A DNA stretch of 61,644 nucleotides, the filler included. It is 5 parts of 5 records of this genome, joined end to end, with 100 filler letters (N's around TTAATTAATTAA, not from the genome) between each part and the next. Parts side by side here need not be neighbours in the genome. Positions count along the whole stretch, not along the records: positions 24,346 to 40,189 come from DRR378314_757; 4 more parts are not named here. One strand, written 5' to 3'. The position numbers were made by a program, and so were the translations under genes. The notes under the pieces were generated by a model. That model was not told the origin of the DNA. It saw nothing but the letters and a program-made list of their open reading frames with translations, and did not search any database. Of this stretch, positions 28,089 to 39,343 are shown piece after piece (the stretch's first letter is position 1; every line of letters starts with the position of its first letter).

Positions 28089-28969
28089 GCACCGACAACC
28101 GCGTCCAGACCGCCGCCCGTCCGTTGCTGGGCGTGGCCCTGATGGCGCTGGGCGTGGGCATCCTGCCGGTGATGGACGGGCTGGCCAAGCACCTGAGCGC
28201 CGAGTACCACGTGGTGCAGGTCACCTGGGCCCGCTATCTGTTCCATTTCGTGCTGCTGGCGGCGTTACTGCTGTGGCGGCTGCCGCTGCGTGAGTTGATT
28301 CCCCGGCGCCTCGGCCTGCAGATCGTGCGCAGTGCCTTTTTGCTGTCCACCACGCTCTGCTATTTCGGCGCCATTGCCTTCCTGCCCCTGGCCAACGCCC
28401 TGGCGCTGGCGTTCATCGGCCCGCTGGTGAGCACCGCCCTGGCGCCCTGGCTGCTCGGCGAGCACGCCGGGGCGCGCCGCTGGCTGGCGGTGGTGGTGGG
28501 CTTCAGCGGCACCCTGGTGGTGATCCGGCCCGGCTGGGCGGCGTTCGAATGGGCGTCGCTGCTGGGCGTGGCCGCCGGTGTGTCCTACGGGCTCTATCAG
28601 CTCACCACCCGCCGTCTGTCCGGCAGCGGCCGCGCCTCGGTGACGCTGTTCTATACCTCGGTGTTCGGCTTCGCCGTGCTCAGCCTGGTGGTGGCGCCGT
28701 TCTGGACCACGCCGGACCTGGGCGGCTGGGGCCTGATGCTGATCATGGGCAGCGTCGGCGCGCTGGCGCACTTTCTGATTATCAGCGCCTTCGAATACGC
28801 CCCGGCGCCGGCGCTCGCGCCGGTCAGCTATATGGAGATGGTGTCCGCGGTGACGGTGGGCTGGCTGGTGTTCGGCGATTTCCCGGACGCCTTCACCTGG
28901 ACCGGGATCGCCCTGATCGTGGTCAGCGGCCTCCTGGTGGTCACCGGAGGCCGCCTGCCCAAAACCTAG
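28085..28969 (+). CDS. DMT/EamA family transporter
   Basis: Multi-TM; LLGE...RW, APVSY; GTGA overlap with the Dyp gene. Confidence 0.88.
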   Translation: MSTDNRVQTAARPLLGVALMALGVGILPVMDGLAKHLSAEYHVVQVTWARYLFHFVLLAALLLWRLPLRELIPRRLGLQIVRSAFLLSTTLCYFGAIAFLPLANALALAFIGPLVSTALAPWLLGEHAGARRWLAVVVGFSGTLVVIRPGWAAFEWASLLGVAAGVSYGLYQLTTRRLSGSGRASVTLFYTSVFGFAVLSLVVAPFWTTPDLGGWGLMLIMGSVGALAHFLIISAFEYAPAPALAPVSYMEMVSAVTVGWLVFGDFPDAFTWTGIALIVVSGLLVVTGGRLPKT

Positions 28970-30540
28970 TCCGCCTTCCAGCCGGTGAACATCTTGCGGA
29001 TTAGGAAGGGGGTGAGCTTGAGGCTGGCGCCCAGCCACTGGCCGACGCCGGTGGGGAAGGCGAAGCGCAGGGCGTTGAGCAGGCCCTTGTAGGTGGCCTG
29101 GTCGAACGGGTACCACCAGAGGTTGCGCTTGGCCGGCAGCAGGTCCCAGTTGATCACCTTGGCGTTGGTCATTTCCAGCAGGCCTTCGGGGCCGTGGGTG
29201 CGGCCGATGCCGGATTCCTTCCAGCCGCCCCAGGGCGCTTCCGACAGGCCGTGGGTGTAGAGGTGGTCGTTGATGGTGGTGACGCCGCTTTCCAGGCGCG
29301 CCGCCAGTTCCCGGCCGCGCTTGTTGTCGCCGGTCCAAATTGACGAGGTGAGCGCCAGGTTGGAGCGGTTGGCTTTCTCCAGCGCCTGTTCCGCGTTGGC
29401 CACTTTTTCCACCGCCAGGATCGGGCCGAAGGTTTCCTCGCACACGGTGAGCATGTCGTCGGACAGTTCCGTGAGCAGGGTGGCGGGGAAGAAGAAGCCG
29501 TTGTCCACGTCGCCCACCGGTTGTGACTGCGCCTGGATGCGCGCGCCCTTGGCGAGGGCGTCTTCCAGGTGCTGCTGGACGGTGCGCAGCTGGCCCTCGG
29601 TGGTCAGGCTGCCGATGTCGGCGGTGACCTCCTTGCCGTGGCCGGGGCCGTGGCGCAGGGCGCGGGTCTTCTTCGCCAGCCGTTCCACGAAGTCGTCGTA
29701 GACGGCGGCTTCCACGTAGATCCGTTCCACGCCGCCGCAGCTCTGGCCGGCGTTCTGGTAGCCGGCCCAGGCGGCGCCGTTGGTGGCGCGCTCCAGGTCG
29801 GCGTCGGCGAGCACGATCATGGCGTCGTTGCCGCCCAGTTCCAGGGACACCGGCGTCAGCGTCTGCGCGGCCTGGGCCATCAGGGTCTTGCCGGCGGGCA
29901 CGCTGCCGGTGAAGAACAGTTTGTCGATGCCGTTTTCGAAGAAGGCGGTGGCCACCTTGGAGCCGGAGCCGACGATGTGCTGGAACAGGCCCTCCGGCAG
30001 TTCGCCGGCGTCCAGGATGCGTTCGATGGCGCGGCCCACCGCCGGGGTGGCGGCGGCCACTTTGAGCAGCACCGCGTTGCCGGCCATCAGCGCCATGACG
30101 ATTTCACCGAACGGGATCGACAGCGGGTAGTTCCAGGGGCTGATGATGCCCACCACGCCCAGCGGCAGGTGGCTCACTTCGGTGCGCTTGTTGGCGAACA
30201 GCAGGTGGCCGGCGGCGCGTTTTTGCGGGCCGAGCACCTTGCCGGCGTTTTTGGCGTACCAATTGCACGCCAGGGCACAGGGCAGCACTTCCGTGGCCAG
30301 GGCGTCGATGCGGGTCTTGCCGTTGCTGTCACTGACGGTGGCGGCCAGGTCCTCGGCGCGGTCGACGATATAGCGGCGCATCAGCTCGATATGGCGGGTC
30401 CGTTCCTTGAACGACTTGGCCGCCCACTGGCGCTGGGCGGCGCGGGCCCGTTGCATGCGCTCGGGCATGCCGGCGAGATCGGTTTCATTGAGCTCGGCCA
30501 CGGCGGCGCCGGTGGCGGGGTTGATATCGGTGACGGTCAT
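28966..30540 (-). CDS. Aldehyde dehydrogenase family protein
   Basis: ISPWNYP, FTGS, LELGGND, NAGQSC (catalytic Cys), EETFGP, PWGGWKESGIG. Confidence 0.93.
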   Translation of the reverse strand: MTVTDINPATGAAVAELNETDLAGMPERMQRARAAQRQWAAKSFKERTRHIELMRRYIVDRAEDLAATVSDSNGKTRIDALATEVLPCALACNWYAKNAGKVLGPQKRAAGHLLFANKRTEVSHLPLGVVGIISPWNYPLSIPFGEIVMALMAGNAVLLKVAAATPAVGRAIERILDAGELPEGLFQHIVGSGSKVATAFFENGIDKLFFTGSVPAGKTLMAQAAQTLTPVSLELGGNDAMIVLADADLERATNGAAWAGYQNAGQSCGGVERIYVEAAVYDDFVERLAKKTRALRHGPGHGKEVTADIGSLTTEGQLRTVQQHLEDALAKGARIQAQSQPVGDVDNGFFFPATLLTELSDDMLTVCEETFGPILAVEKVANAEQALEKANRSNLALTSSIWTGDNKRGRELAARLESGVTTINDHLYTHGLSEAPWGGWKESGIGRTHGPEGLLEMTNAKVINWDLLPAKRNLWWYPFDQATYKGLLNALRFAFPTGVGQWLGASLKLTPFLIRKMFTGWKAD

Positions 30541-30692
30541 CTCGTGGCTCCGGCCATGGACGATAAAACGGGTGGGTGACAAACGATAATGGAAGCATAC
30601 GCCCCCGGCCCGGGGAATGGCGATGCCGCCGTTGTGAGCGGCGCGGCTGTCAAACTTTGCTATGCTGACCGACGGATAAAAAAGGAGAAACG

Positions 30693-30887
30693 ATGATCGA
30701 GGATATCAATGCGTGGCTGCCGTTCTACGGCGCCTGGGTGGTGGTGTGCACGCTGCTGAGTTTGATGATCGCGCGCAACAAAGGCATGAAACCGCTGCTG
30801 CCCGCCGCGGCCGGTTTCGTGGCCGCGTTCATTCCGATTGTCGGGTTGATCTATCTGGTGGTGCTGGGCACGCGGCCCGCGAAATAG
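30693..30887 (+). CDS. Small 64-aa membrane protein, function unknown
   Basis: Strong AAGGAG SD, two hydrophobic segments, fills the gap between divergent/convergent genes. Confidence 0.72.
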   Translation: MIEDINAWLPFYGAWVVVCTLLSLMIARNKGMKPLLPAAAGFVAAFIPIVGLIYLVVLGTRPAK

Positions 30888-30893
30888 CGGGCG

Positions 30894-32024
30894 TTAACCG
30901 GCAAGCAGGTTTTTCAGGATGCTTTGGTAGATGCCGGTGAGCGTGTCCAGCTCGGAGATGGAGGTGTGCTCGTCCACCTTGTGGATGGTGGCGTTGACCG
31001 GACCCAGTTCGACGACCTGAGCGCCGGTGGGGGCGATAAAGCGGCCGTCACTGGTGCCGCCGGCGGTGGACAGATGCGTGTCGGCGCCGGTGTGTTCCTT
31101 GATCGCCGCCACGGTGGCGTCCACCAGGGCGCCGCGGTCGGTGAGGAACGGCTGGCCGGACAGCTTCCACTCGATCTCGTAATCCAGGCCGTGGCTTTGC
31201 AGGATGGTTTCGGTGCGCTGGCGCAGTTCGAAATCGGTGACTTCGGTGGAAAAGCGGAAATTGAACAGCACCTGGCAATCGCCGGGGATCACATTGGTGG
31301 CCCCGGTGCCGGCGTTGATGTTGGAAATCTGAAAGCTGGTGGCCGGGAAGAAATCATTGCCCCGGTCCCATTCCGCCGCCGCCAGCTCCGCCAGGGCCGG
31401 TGCCACTTCGTGCACCGGGTTGCGGGCCAGGTGCGGGTAGGCCACGTGCCCTTGCACGCCTTTTACCGTGAGCAGGCCGCCCAGGGAACCGCGCCGGCCG
31501 TTCTTGATCACGTCCCCGACGGTGTCCGTGGAGGAGGGCTCGCCCACCAGGCAGTAGTCGATGTGCTCCTCGCGTTCCTGCAGGGTTTCCACCACCTTGA
31601 CGGTGCCGTTCACCGACGGGCCTTCCTCGTCGGCGGTGATCAGAAAGCCGAGGCTGCCCCGGTGGTCCGGGTGGGCGGCGATAAAGTCTTCCACCGCCAC
31701 CAGCATGGCGGCGATGGAGCCTTTCATGTCCGCCGCGCCGCGGCCGTAGAGCAGGTCGCCGTCCTCGGTAGGCTCGAACGGGTCGAAGCGCCATTTGCCG
31801 GCGTCGCCGGTGGGCACCACGTCGGTGTGTCCGGCGAACACCAGCAGCGGGCCGTCGCTGCCGCGCCGCGCCCAGAGGTTGCGCACTTCCTCGAACCACA
31901 GCGTCTCGCACTGGAAGCCCAGGGCCTCCAGCTTTTCGATCATCCAGTCCTGACAGCCTTCGTCCTCCGGGGTGACCGAGGGGCGACGGATCAGTTCCTT
32001 GGCGTACTCGAGGGTTCTGCTCAC
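30894..32024 (-). CDS. dapE: Succinyl-diaminopimelate desuccinylase
   Basis: [53 protein letters not shown]. Confidence 0.96.
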   Translation of the reverse strand: MSRTLEYAKELIRRPSVTPEDEGCQDWMIEKLEALGFQCETLWFEEVRNLWARRGSDGPLLVFAGHTDVVPTGDAGKWRFDPFEPTEDGDLLYGRGAADMKGSIAAMLVAVEDFIAAHPDHRGSLGFLITADEEGPSVNGTVKVVETLQEREEHIDYCLVGEPSSTDTVGDVIKNGRRGSLGGLLTVKGVQGHVAYPHLARNPVHEVAPALAELAAAEWDRGNDFFPATSFQISNINAGTGATNVIPGDCQVLFNFRFSTEVTDFELRQRTETILQSHGLDYEIEWKLSGQPFLTDRGALVDATVAAIKEHTGADTHLSTAGGTSDGRFIAPTGAQVVELGPVNATIHKVDEHTSISELDTLTGIYQSILKNLLAG

Positions 32025-32037
32025 GGACACTCCGGTT

Positions 32038-33072
32038 TTAGTTGTGTTTATGCAGCTCTTCGTTGAGCGCCACGGCGGTTTTGTTGGTCTGGCACTGCAC
32101 CGCGCCGCTTACCGAATTGCGGCGGAACAGCAGGTCGGACTGGCCGGCCAGGTCACGGGCCTTGACGGTGTCCGCCACCTTGCCGTTCTGGTCCAGCACT
32201 TCCACCTTGGTGCCGGCGGTGATGTACAGGCCCGCTTCGATGGTGCAGCGGTCGCCCAGCGGGATGCCGGTGCCGGCGTTGGCGCCGAGCAGGCAGTTCT
32301 CGCCCAGGGAAATCACGATGTTACCGCCGCCGGAGAGGGTGCCCATGGTGGAGGAGCTGCCGCCCAGGTCGGAGCCCTTGCCGACGAACACACCTGCGGA
32401 GATACGGCCTTCGATCATGCCCGGCCCTTCGGTGCCGGCGTTGAAGTTGATAAAGCCTTCGTGCATGACGGTGGTGCCTTCGCCCACATAGGCGCCCAGA
32501 CGCACGCGGGCGGTGTCGGCGATGCGCACGCCGGCGGGTACCACGTAGTCGGTCATCTTGGGGAACTTGTCCACGCTGTTCACTTCCAGCACCTTGCCGT
32601 TAAGGCGGGCGAGAAGCTGGCGCTCGGGCAGTTCGTTCAGGTCCACGGCGCCTTCGTTGGTCCAGGCCACGTTGGGCAGCAGCGGGAAGATGCCGCTGAG
32701 CACCACGCCGTGGGGGCGTACCAGGCGGTGAGAGAGCAGGTGAAGCTTGAGATAGGCTTCCGGGGTGGAGGCCGGCTCCGCGTCGCTTTCCAGAATGGTC
32801 AGCACCACCGGGCGCTCGGATTCCTGGAACGCCACCGCGTAGCTGGCTTCGTGTTCAAAGCCGGCCTCGCGCCATTCCCGGGCGAGGTGCTGGATCTGCC
32901 GGTGAGTCAGTTCCAGGGCCGCGTTGCCGCCCTCGTAGCCGACTTCTTCGCTGACCACGTCCACCAGCTTGCTGTCCGGGTTGATCACCGGGTCCGGGTA
33001 GAACACTTCCAGCCATTGGTCGTCGCGGTTCTTGCTGCCGCAGCCCAGTGCCATTGCGAAAATATTGCTCAT
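32038..33072 (-). CDS. dapD: Tetrahydrodipicolinate N-succinyltransferase (Pseudomonas-type)
   Basis: [41 protein letters not shown], hexapeptide repeats. Confidence 0.96.
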   Translation of the reverse strand: MSNIFAMALGCGSKNRDDQWLEVFYPDPVINPDSKLVDVVSEEVGYEGGNAALELTHRQIQHLAREWREAGFEHEASYAVAFQESERPVVLTILESDAEPASTPEAYLKLHLLSHRLVRPHGVVLSGIFPLLPNVAWTNEGAVDLNELPERQLLARLNGKVLEVNSVDKFPKMTDYVVPAGVRIADTARVRLGAYVGEGTTVMHEGFINFNAGTEGPGMIEGRISAGVFVGKGSDLGGSSSTMGTLSGGGNIVISLGENCLLGANAGTGIPLGDRCTIEAGLYITAGTKVEVLDQNGKVADTVKARDLAGQSDLLFRRNSVSGAVQCQTNKTAVALNEELHKHN

Positions 33073-33111
33073 GTTTGCCTCTCTGTCATTCGGTGCGGCG
33101 GAGCCGGTGGC

Positions 33112-33459
33112 TCAGCCCAGCAGTGTTTTCCAGCGGCCTTCTTCAAAGCCGGCTTCGATAATGTTGTCGCTGTGCAGAATCGGGCGTTTGATCAGGGACG
33201 GGTTGTCCTGTGCCGCGGCCACCGCGCTTTCCGCGTCCATGTTGTCGCGGGTGCTCTGATCGAGCTTGCGCCAGGTGGTACCGCGCCGGTTGATCACGGT
33301 GTCCCAGCCCAGGGCGTCGATCCAGCGTCGCAGCTGGGCTTCGGGCACGCCGTCCTTTTTATAGTCGTGAAAATGATACTCCAGGCCCTGTTCGTCGAGC
33401 CATTTCAGAGCCTTCTTCATGGTGTCGCAGTTCTTGATGCCGTAGACGGTTATCGCCAT
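33112..33459 (-). CDS. ArsC/Spx family protein (YffB-like)
   Basis: YGIKNCDTMKKA, INRRGTTWRKL, PSLIKRP; usual location in dap clusters. Confidence 0.9.
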   Translation of the reverse strand: MAITVYGIKNCDTMKKALKWLDEQGLEYHFHDYKKDGVPEAQLRRWIDALGWDTVINRRGTTWRKLDQSTRDNMDAESAVAAAQDNPSLIKRPILHSDNIIEAGFEEGRWKTLLG

Positions 33460-33483
33460 GGGGTCCTTCCTCCTGGGGCACGT

Positions 33484-34665
33484 TTACAGACGTTCGATCA
33501 GGGCGCGGATGCGCTTGGCGCCTTCCACGCACTGATCCAGTTCCGCGACCAGCGCCATGCGCACCCGGTTCTTGCCGGGGTTGCGGCCCTGCACGGTGCG
33601 CGACAGATAGCGCCCGGGCAGTACGGTCACGTTCTCTTCGGACTTGAGGCGGCGGGCGAAGGTTTCATCGTCCACCGGGGTTTTGGGCCACAGGTAGAAG
33701 CCCGCGTCCGGGGCGCTAACCTTAAGCGGCTCGCCGAGAATGTCCAGTACGGCGTCGAACTTGCTGGCGTACAGGGCACGGTTGGCGCGCACATGCTCTT
33801 CGTCGTTCCAGGCGGCGATGCTCGCCACCTGGTGATGGTTGGGCATGGCGCAGCCGTGGTAGGTGCGGTAGCGCAGAAAGCGGCGCAGGATTTCCGCGTC
33901 GCCGGCGACGAAGCCGGAGCGCAGGCCGGGCAGGTTGGAACGCTTGGACAGCGAATGAAACACCACGCAGCGGCGGTAATCATGGCGGCCCAGCTCCGCG
34001 CAGGCCTGCAGCAGACCGGCGGGGGCGCGCTCTCGGTAAATTTCCGAATAACATTCGTCGGACGCGATCACGAAGTCGTACTTGTCCGCCAGATCGATCA
34101 GTGCCTTGAGCTGCGCGCTGCTCAGGGTGGCGCCGGTGGGGTTGCCCGGCGTGCAGATAAACAGCACCTGGGTGCGCAGCCAGGTGCTTTCGTCGACGGC
34201 GTCGAAGTCCGGTTGCAGGCCGGTGGCGTCGGTGCAGGGCAAATACACCGGTTCGCCGCCGCCGAGCAGGGCGGCGCCTTCATAGATTTGATAGAAGGGG
34301 TTGGGCATCAGCACCAGCGGGCTGCGCTGACGGTCCAGCATCGCCTGGGTGAACGCGAACAGCGCCTCGCGGGTGCCGTTCACCGGCAGCACCTGATGGT
34401 CGCTGCTGACCTGCTGCAACTTGAAGCGCCGGGTCAGCCAGCCGGCGATGGCTTCGCGCAGCTCCGGCAGGCCGGCGGTGCCCGGGTACTTGGCGAGCAG
34501 GGCGGTATTGTCGCGGAGCGCCTGCTGCACGAAATCCGGCGCCGGGTGTTGCGGTTCGCCGATGGAAAACGCCACCGGGCTTTTGTCACTGGCGGGCAGG
34601 TCGGCGAACAACGTGCCCAGCTTCTCGAACGGATACGGATGCAGGCGTTCCAGATCGGGATTCAT
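33484..34665 (-). CDS. dapC: Succinyldiaminopimelate transaminase
   Basis: MNPDLERLHPYPFEKL, PVNGTREALF, NPTG, SDECYSE, HSLSKRSNLPGLRSGF. Confidence 0.94.
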   Translation of the reverse strand: MNPDLERLHPYPFEKLGTLFADLPASDKSPVAFSIGEPQHPAPDFVQQALRDNTALLAKYPGTAGLPELREAIAGWLTRRFKLQQVSSDHQVLPVNGTREALFAFTQAMLDRQRSPLVLMPNPFYQIYEGAALLGGGEPVYLPCTDATGLQPDFDAVDESTWLRTQVLFICTPGNPTGATLSSAQLKALIDLADKYDFVIASDECYSEIYRERAPAGLLQACAELGRHDYRRCVVFHSLSKRSNLPGLRSGFVAGDAEILRRFLRYRTYHGCAMPNHHQVASIAAWNDEEHVRANRALYASKFDAVLDILGEPLKVSAPDAGFYLWPKTPVDDETFARRLKSEENVTVLPGRYLSRTVQGRNPGKNRVRMALVAELDQCVEGAKRIRALIERL

Positions 34666-34694
34666 GGTGTTCCTTAAATACGGCGCAAAGGTAA

Positions 34695-37388
34695 TTAGAT
34701 GGTGACCGACATGGGGTCGGTTTTGCTGTAATCGTCCAGCTCCTGCTTGAGCGTGGCCTGCAGACGCTGGCACAGCTCCGGATCGGAGACCGGCTGGCCT
34801 TCCAGGTCGGTGACGAAGAACACGTCCTCCGCTTTTTCGCCCAGGGTGGCGATGCGCGCGTTCTGCACCAGCAGCTCAAACTGCACGAAGATACGGCCGA
34901 TATGCGCCAGCAGGCCGGGGCGGTCGAGGGTCTGCACCTCCACCACCGAGCGGTCGTTGACGATGTCGTTGCTGATCATCACCTGGGTGGGCACATCGAA
35001 ATGCTTGTGGCGGCGCGGCATGCGCCGGCTCACGGTGGCACCGAAATTTTCCGGCTGCTTGAGCGTTTCGGTGAGCGTTTTGCGGATGTATTCAATGCGC
35101 GGCCAGTCGTTACCGATGGGCGTGCCGTTCTCGTCGAGCACGATATAGGTGTCCAGGCTGAAACCGTCCGCGCTGGTGATAATGCGCGCGTCCATAATGG
35201 TCAGCCCGAGGCTGTCCAGCGCGTTCACGGTGGCGGCGAACAGGTTGCGGGTGTCCGGCGTGTAGATAAAGATCTGCGAGCCGCCTTCCAGGTTGCCGGG
35301 GCTGGTTTCCGACTCGCGGATCAATACCAGCGGGTCTTCCTTGTTGGTGCGTTCCAGCAGCGCCTCGGTGTGCCAGGCGATGTCCCAGGGTGTTTCACGC
35401 AGGAAATATTCGTCGCCGATGTTGGCCCACAGCGCTTCGATGGCGTGCGGATCATGGTCGCGCTCGGTGAGCAGCTTTAGGGCGTCGTCGCGGGTCTCGT
35501 CGATCCAGTCCTGTTTGTCCTGGGGGTTGTTCAGACCGCGCCGCAGGGCGCGTTTGGTCTCCAGGTAGAGCTGACGCATCAGCGAGGCGCGCCAGGAGTT
35601 CCACAGCGCCGGGTTGGTGGCGTTGATGTCGGCCACGGTGAGCACGTAGAGGTAATCCAGGTGCACCAGGTCGCCCACGGTGCGCGCGAATTCATGCACC
35701 ACGTCCGGGTCGGAGATGTCCTTGCGCTGGGCGGTGACGCTCATGGTCAGGTGGTTGCGCACCAGCCAGGCCACCAGCTTGGCGTCCCAGTTGGTGAGGC
35801 CGTGGCGCTGACAGAAGGCGATGGCGTCGTCGGCGCCCAGCTCGGAGTGGTCGCCGCCGCGGCCCTTGGCGATGTCGTGGTAGAGTCCGGCCACGTACAG
35901 CAGCTCGGGCTTGGGCAGCCGGTAGAACACCTCGCAGGCCACCGGGAATTCGTCGCGCTGGTCGTCGTAGCGCAGGCGCCGCATGTTCTTGATCACCAGC
36001 AGGGTGTGCGCGTCCACGGTGTAAATATGGAACAGGTCGTACTGCATCATGCCGATGATGCGGCCGAACTCCGGCAGGTACTTGCCGAGGATGCCGTAGC
36101 GTTTCATGCGGCGCAGTTGCGAGAACAGCGCGTGGGGGCTGCGCAGCAGCTGCATGAACAGGGCGGTGTGGGCCGGTTCCTGGCGGAAGGCGTCGTCGAT
36201 CAGCGGCCGCGACTCGATCAGCGCGCGCACGGTGGCGGCGCGCACCCCTTTCAGGTCCGGGTTCTGGGCCAGCAGCACGAACACCTCGAGGATCGCCGAC
36301 GGGTGCTTGCGGAACACGTCCGGCGCGCTGATTTCCAGGTAGTCGTTGCGCACCTGGAAACGGCGGTTGAGCGGGCGCACGTTCTCCGGCTCGCCGGCGC
36401 GCAGGATCACCTCGTCGAACAGCTGCAGCAGCATCTCGTTGAGCACCGACAGCGCCAGCGCCACGCGGTAGAAGCGCTTCATCAGTTGTTCCACCGCCAG
36501 GTTGGCGTCGGAGTCCTTGTGGCCGAGGCGTTCGGCGAGCTGGCGCTGGTGATCGAACAGCAGCCGGTTTTCGTTGCGGCCGGTGAGGCCGTGCAGCTGC
36601 CAGCGGATCCGCCACAGCGACTCCAGGCACTTGCTCAGCACGCGGTGCTCGTCGGCGGTGAGGAAGCCGGCGTCGACCAGCGCTTCCAGGCTGTCGGCGC
36701 CGAAATGCCGCTTCGCCACCCAGGCGATCATCTGCACATCGCGCAGGCCGCCGGGGGCGTTCTTGATGTCCGGTTCCAGGTTGTATTCGGTGTCGTTGAA
36801 CTTGCGGTGGCGGGCGGTCTGTTCTTCCCATTTGGCGGCGAAGAAGCGGTCGTTGGGCCACATCGCGTCCGGCCCGGTAAGCACCGCCAGATCCGCGCGC
36901 ACCCGGTCGTCGCCGGCCAGGGTGCGTGCTTCCATGATATTGGTGGCCACGGTGATGTCCTGGCCCGCCAGGCTCACGCACTCGTCCAGGGTGCGCACGC
37001 TGTGGCCGATTTCCAGGCCGATGTCCCACAGAAAGGCGACGAAGCCTTCCAGGGCGGAGCAGGCCTCCGGGTTGGGGGCGTCGCGGAACAGCACCATCAG
37101 GTCGACGTCGGAGTGCGGGTGCAGTTCGCCGCGGCCGTAGCCGCCCACCGCCACCAGGGCGGCCTCGGCGAAGCGGTCCAGGCCGAACAGCGACCAGGCG
37201 GCGATCAGCACCCGGTCCACCAGCCGGGCGCGGCCGTGCACCAGCTCGGTGATCGGCGCTTCGTGAAAGGCCTCGTCGAGGCGCGCCTGGCCGGCCTCCA
37301 GGAATTCCCGGGCGGCGAGCCCCGGCTGATCACTGTCGCGCAGGGTGTCGAGCAGCGAGTCTTGGCTCATCGGCGGATCCAGGTTCAT
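34695..37388 (-). CDS. glnD: [Protein-PII] uridylyltransferase
   Basis: AVGGYGRGELHPHSDVD NTase motif, EPDIKNAPGGLRD, HD domain YHDIAKGRGGDHS, two ACT domains. Confidence 0.97.
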   Translation of the reverse strand: MNLDPPMSQDSLLDTLRDSDQPGLAAREFLEAGQARLDEAFHEAPITELVHGRARLVDRVLIAAWSLFGLDRFAEAALVAVGGYGRGELHPHSDVDLMVLFRDAPNPEACSALEGFVAFLWDIGLEIGHSVRTLDECVSLAGQDITVATNIMEARTLAGDDRVRADLAVLTGPDAMWPNDRFFAAKWEEQTARHRKFNDTEYNLEPDIKNAPGGLRDVQMIAWVAKRHFGADSLEALVDAGFLTADEHRVLSKCLESLWRIRWQLHGLTGRNENRLLFDHQRQLAERLGHKDSDANLAVEQLMKRFYRVALALSVLNEMLLQLFDEVILRAGEPENVRPLNRRFQVRNDYLEISAPDVFRKHPSAILEVFVLLAQNPDLKGVRAATVRALIESRPLIDDAFRQEPAHTALFMQLLRSPHALFSQLRRMKRYGILGKYLPEFGRIIGMMQYDLFHIYTVDAHTLLVIKNMRRLRYDDQRDEFPVACEVFYRLPKPELLYVAGLYHDIAKGRGGDHSELGADDAIAFCQRHGLTNWDAKLVAWLVRNHLTMSVTAQRKDISDPDVVHEFARTVGDLVHLDYLYVLTVADINATNPALWNSWRASLMRQLYLETKRALRRGLNNPQDKQDWIDETRDDALKLLTERDHDPHAIEALWANIGDEYFLRETPWDIAWHTEALLERTNKEDPLVLIRESETSPGNLEGGSQIFIYTPDTRNLFAATVNALDSLGLTIMDARIITSADGFSLDTYIVLDENGTPIGNDWPRIEYIRKTLTETLKQPENFGATVSRRMPRRHKHFDVPTQVMISNDIVNDRSVVEVQTLDRPGLLAHIGRIFVQFELLVQNARIATLGEKAEDVFFVTDLEGQPVSDPELCQRLQATLKQELDDYSKTDPMSVTI

Positions 37389-37424
37389 AACGGGGCGGCC
37401 TCGGCAACGGCGTTAAAGACGGCG

Positions 37425-38201
37425 TTAGTAAAGATCGGATTCTTCCTGACGGGCGGTGAGTACCTCGTAACCGTCGGCGGTGACCGCCAGGGTATGCTCC
37501 CACTGGGCGGACAGCTTGCGGTCCTTGGTGACCACGGTCCAGCCGTCGGGCAGCACCTTATTATGGGCTTTGCCGGCGTTGATCATCGGTTCGATGGTGA
37601 ACACCATGCCTTCCTGCAGCTCCAGGCCGGTGCCGGGCTTGCCGTAATGCAGCACCTGCGGGTCTTCGTGGAACACCTGGCCGATGCCGTGCCCGCAGTA
37701 TTCGCGCACCACGGAGAAGCGCTCGGACTCCGCCAGTTTCTGGATGGTGTGGCCGATATCGCCCAGGCGCACGCCGGGCCGCACCATCTTGATGCCGGCC
37801 AGCATGCACTCGCGGGTGGTGTCCACCAGCCGCTGGGCCAGCACCGAGGGCTCGCCCACGTAGTACATCTTGCTGGTGTCGCCGTGCCAGCCGTCCTTGA
37901 TGACGGTGACGTCGATATTAAGGATGTCGCCCTTTTTGAGCACCTTTTTCTCGTTGGGAATCCCGTGGCAGATCACATTATTCACCGATGTGCATATCGA
38001 CTTCGGGAAGCCCCGGTAGCCCAGGCAGGCGGGGACCGCGTTCTGCTTGTTGACGATGTGGTCGTGGCAGATGCGGTCCAGTTCCTCGGTGGTGACCCCG
38101 GGCTGGACGTGCTCGCCGATCATTTCCAGAACTTCGGCGGCCAGGCGGCCCGCTTCGCGCATTTTCGCGATGTCTTCCGGGGTTTTTATGGTGACGTTCA
38201 T
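37425..38201 (-). CDS. map: Type I methionine aminopeptidase
   Basis: FPKSICTSVN, CHGIP, DGWHGDTS, GHGIG..FHE, TIEPMIN, SAQWEHT. Confidence 0.97.
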   Translation of the reverse strand: MNVTIKTPEDIAKMREAGRLAAEVLEMIGEHVQPGVTTEELDRICHDHIVNKQNAVPACLGYRGFPKSICTSVNNVICHGIPNEKKVLKKGDILNIDVTVIKDGWHGDTSKMYYVGEPSVLAQRLVDTTRECMLAGIKMVRPGVRLGDIGHTIQKLAESERFSVVREYCGHGIGQVFHEDPQVLHYGKPGTGLELQEGMVFTIEPMINAGKAHNKVLPDGWTVVTKDRKLSAQWEHTLAVTADGYEVLTARQEESDLY

Positions 38202-38302
38202 GTTGATCAGAGAAACTCCAGCGTTTTCAGTGTCTTGGGCGGCAAATGCGGGGGCGGGGCGGTGTCTTGTATACCGCTTTTCCGTTGCCCGGCAGGGGCG
38301 CT

Positions 38303-38319
38303 TGTGGTATAAAGCGCGC
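38303..38319 (+). promoter_or_regulatory. rpsB extended -10 promoter with GC-rich discriminator
   Basis: TGTGGTATAAA-GCGCGC, matching the conserved gammaproteobacterial rpsB promoter. Confidence 0.85.
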
Positions 38320-38377
38320 GCCTTTGTCGCTCATGGGCGGTGCAACATTGTACCCGCTCGGTGTCGGCGAAGGGAAA

Positions 38378-38500
38378 TCACACACGTTCCGTCACATGGC
38401 CCTGGGTGCCTTCCTGCTTGATCACTGTCACCGCGACGAAAGCGCGGCGGCACAGAGTAGAGGGGGTTGGGTCATGCGGGAATCGTGGAGGCCTAACCCA
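38378..38500 (+). ncRNA. t44-like rpsB 5' leader (S2 autoregulatory RNA)
   Basis: CACACG...CACATG...GGGTGCC...GGGGTTGG...TGGAGGCCTAACCC directly before rpsB; boundaries approximate. Confidence 0.78.
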
Positions 38501-38514
38501 ATTGGAGAAAGACC

Positions 38515-39270
<756 letters not shown>

Positions 39271-39343
39271 TGACGCCGGGGCGGGCGTGGCCCGCCCCGA
39301 CACCGGGGGTTGTTCCCCGATTCAAAGATTTAAAGAGGTAAGC

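Noticed and set aside
33112-33459. ArsC-like gene as an arsenic resistance partner of arsR-arsP
   Set aside because: Different contig and organism; it is the YffB-type gene normally found in dap clusters.
31972-38312. Very long plus-strand ORFs (901 aa, 883 aa) and similar ones opposite plsB, btuB and the kinase
   Set aside because: Antisense shadows of well-supported genes in high-GC DNA; no recognisable motifs.
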